Shown: one piece after another, positions 62,900 through 64,000 of the stretch
How positions within the stretch are numbered: position 1 is the stretch's first letter
Layout of the letters: the number at the start of each line of letters is the position of its first letter
Origin: Stegostoma tigrinum
Taxonomy: Eukaryota
Reading direction: 5' to 3'
NCBI RefSeq assembly: GCF_030684315.1
Contig: NC_081369.1
Location: 41,692,630-41,756,629 of the forward strand
DNA: 64,000 bases
The notes under the pieces: generated by a model
Seen by the model: only the letters and a program-made list of their open reading frames with translations
What the model was told of the DNA's origin: nothing
Databases searched by the model: none
Position numbers and translations under genes: made by a program

Positions 62900-63140
62900 C
62901 CAAGAATTTAAGATACAAGCTCTAGCCCAAGTCCACACTTCAGACTAGCACTTTCGTCCAGTACTGTGGGAGTGCTGCACTATTCAGGGTGCTGTCTTTC
63001 AGATAAGGCATTAAAGTGATGCTCATTCTGTTCACCAGTGAGCATAAAAATATTACAACATTCAAGATTGAACAGTTGGAATACAACAGTCCTAGTGTTG
63101 AAAATAACATGAAAATAACTGATGGGAAAGAAGGAAAAAA
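62900..63140 (+). mobile_element. Decayed Deu-domain SINE
   Basis: cagtactgtgggagtgctgcact..ggtgctgtctttcagat..cattaaa, the same family motif as above. Confidence 0.55.
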
Positions 63141-64000
63141 AATCCCAAGCAACATGAATAATGTTTGAGCTCACTGCCTAAGAATAAGCAAGCTGACCAA
63201 GAGCATTTTTCTCTCAGCCACTAGGTCCTGCTCTGCATATGTGTAAATATACATTGAGTCAATATGTAAACAGTGACTGTGAATAAGTGTGTGTATAGTG
63301 TAATTATTTCAAGAGTTCAAATGTGCCTACTGTTGAGTATAGCTCCATATTTGTGAGGAATTGTTTACTTTTTTCATATCACATATTTTTCATATCCAGT
63401 ACTTTCATAATGCAATGTAGAAAATGTCCTGCAAACAAACATTGAATTACTGTACAAATATTGGAGAAGGTAAGCAGTTTCAAGTGTTTCTTTCAAACTA
63501 ACGTAGGAAGAAACAAGTCAATTTGGTAATTCAACCATGAATGATGTGTGTTTTGGAAGGTGCAAGAGAAGCAGTTACATGCCACATTAGTATAGAGCCA
63601 AAAATTAGAATAGAAATAAAAAGTTATTTTACACTATTTTACTCACTATCTTAGGATTGATTAGTATAATTTCCAGTACAAATTTGAATAACCAGCTTCA
63701 AGTAGCAAACACAAATAGCTATATTGAAAACAAGTTTGCTTTTCCCCTCCATTAAATAGTAAGAAAAGCCTGCAGTCATTAATTGTACCATTTAAATTCC
63801 ATAGGCATGCAAGATGTTTGATACCTACACACAATGCAAGGGTACAATTATTGTCCAGTTAATATTTAACAGACAGCATTACGCCATTTCACTTTTATCT
63901 TTAGTGCTAAATTCAGCTTTATGTTTTTGTTGTGTGATATGAAAGACAACACCCTTTAACAAAATAGCCACAATAAGTCATCAAGGAATAAATAGAGTAA

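Noticed and set aside
1-64000. CRISPR array, operon or other prokaryotic defence-type system
   Set aside because: No regularly spaced repeat-spacer array and no dense ORFs; the window is intron-exon vertebrate DNA.

Overview
Vertebrate genomic DNA, almost certainly from a cartilaginous fish (shark/ray), inferred from the repeat content: dense CR1 LINE fragments, an HE1/V-SINE, Deu-domain SINEs and Penelope-like elements. The window holds the 3' part of NFAT5 (TonEBP) on the minus strand. Seven coding exons splice in frame by hand with canonical AG/GT sites (62094-62228, 61596-61651, 55935-56067, 52531-52602, 42345-42484, 38340-40851, 32424-32692; about 1104 aa, from the IPT domain to the C-terminus). 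They are followed by an 11.7 kb 3'UTR intron and a long repeat-poor terminal exon starting near 20712. The rest is mostly nested retroelements, plus a solo LTR and a probable decayed hAT transposase. Points of most interest: a cryptic ~24-aa tandem repeat (16 or more units) in the NFAT5 Q-rich domain; a candidate unannotated 282-nt exon or internal promoter in the last coding intron; Penelope fold-back insertions with minimal hammerhead-ribozyme cores and target-site duplications; and clusters of miR-19 and miR-200-family seed sites in the 3'UTR. I found no evidence of a prokaryotic-type system. Repeat boundaries are approximate unless a TSD is quoted. All homology calls come from my recognition of the sequences, not from database searches.
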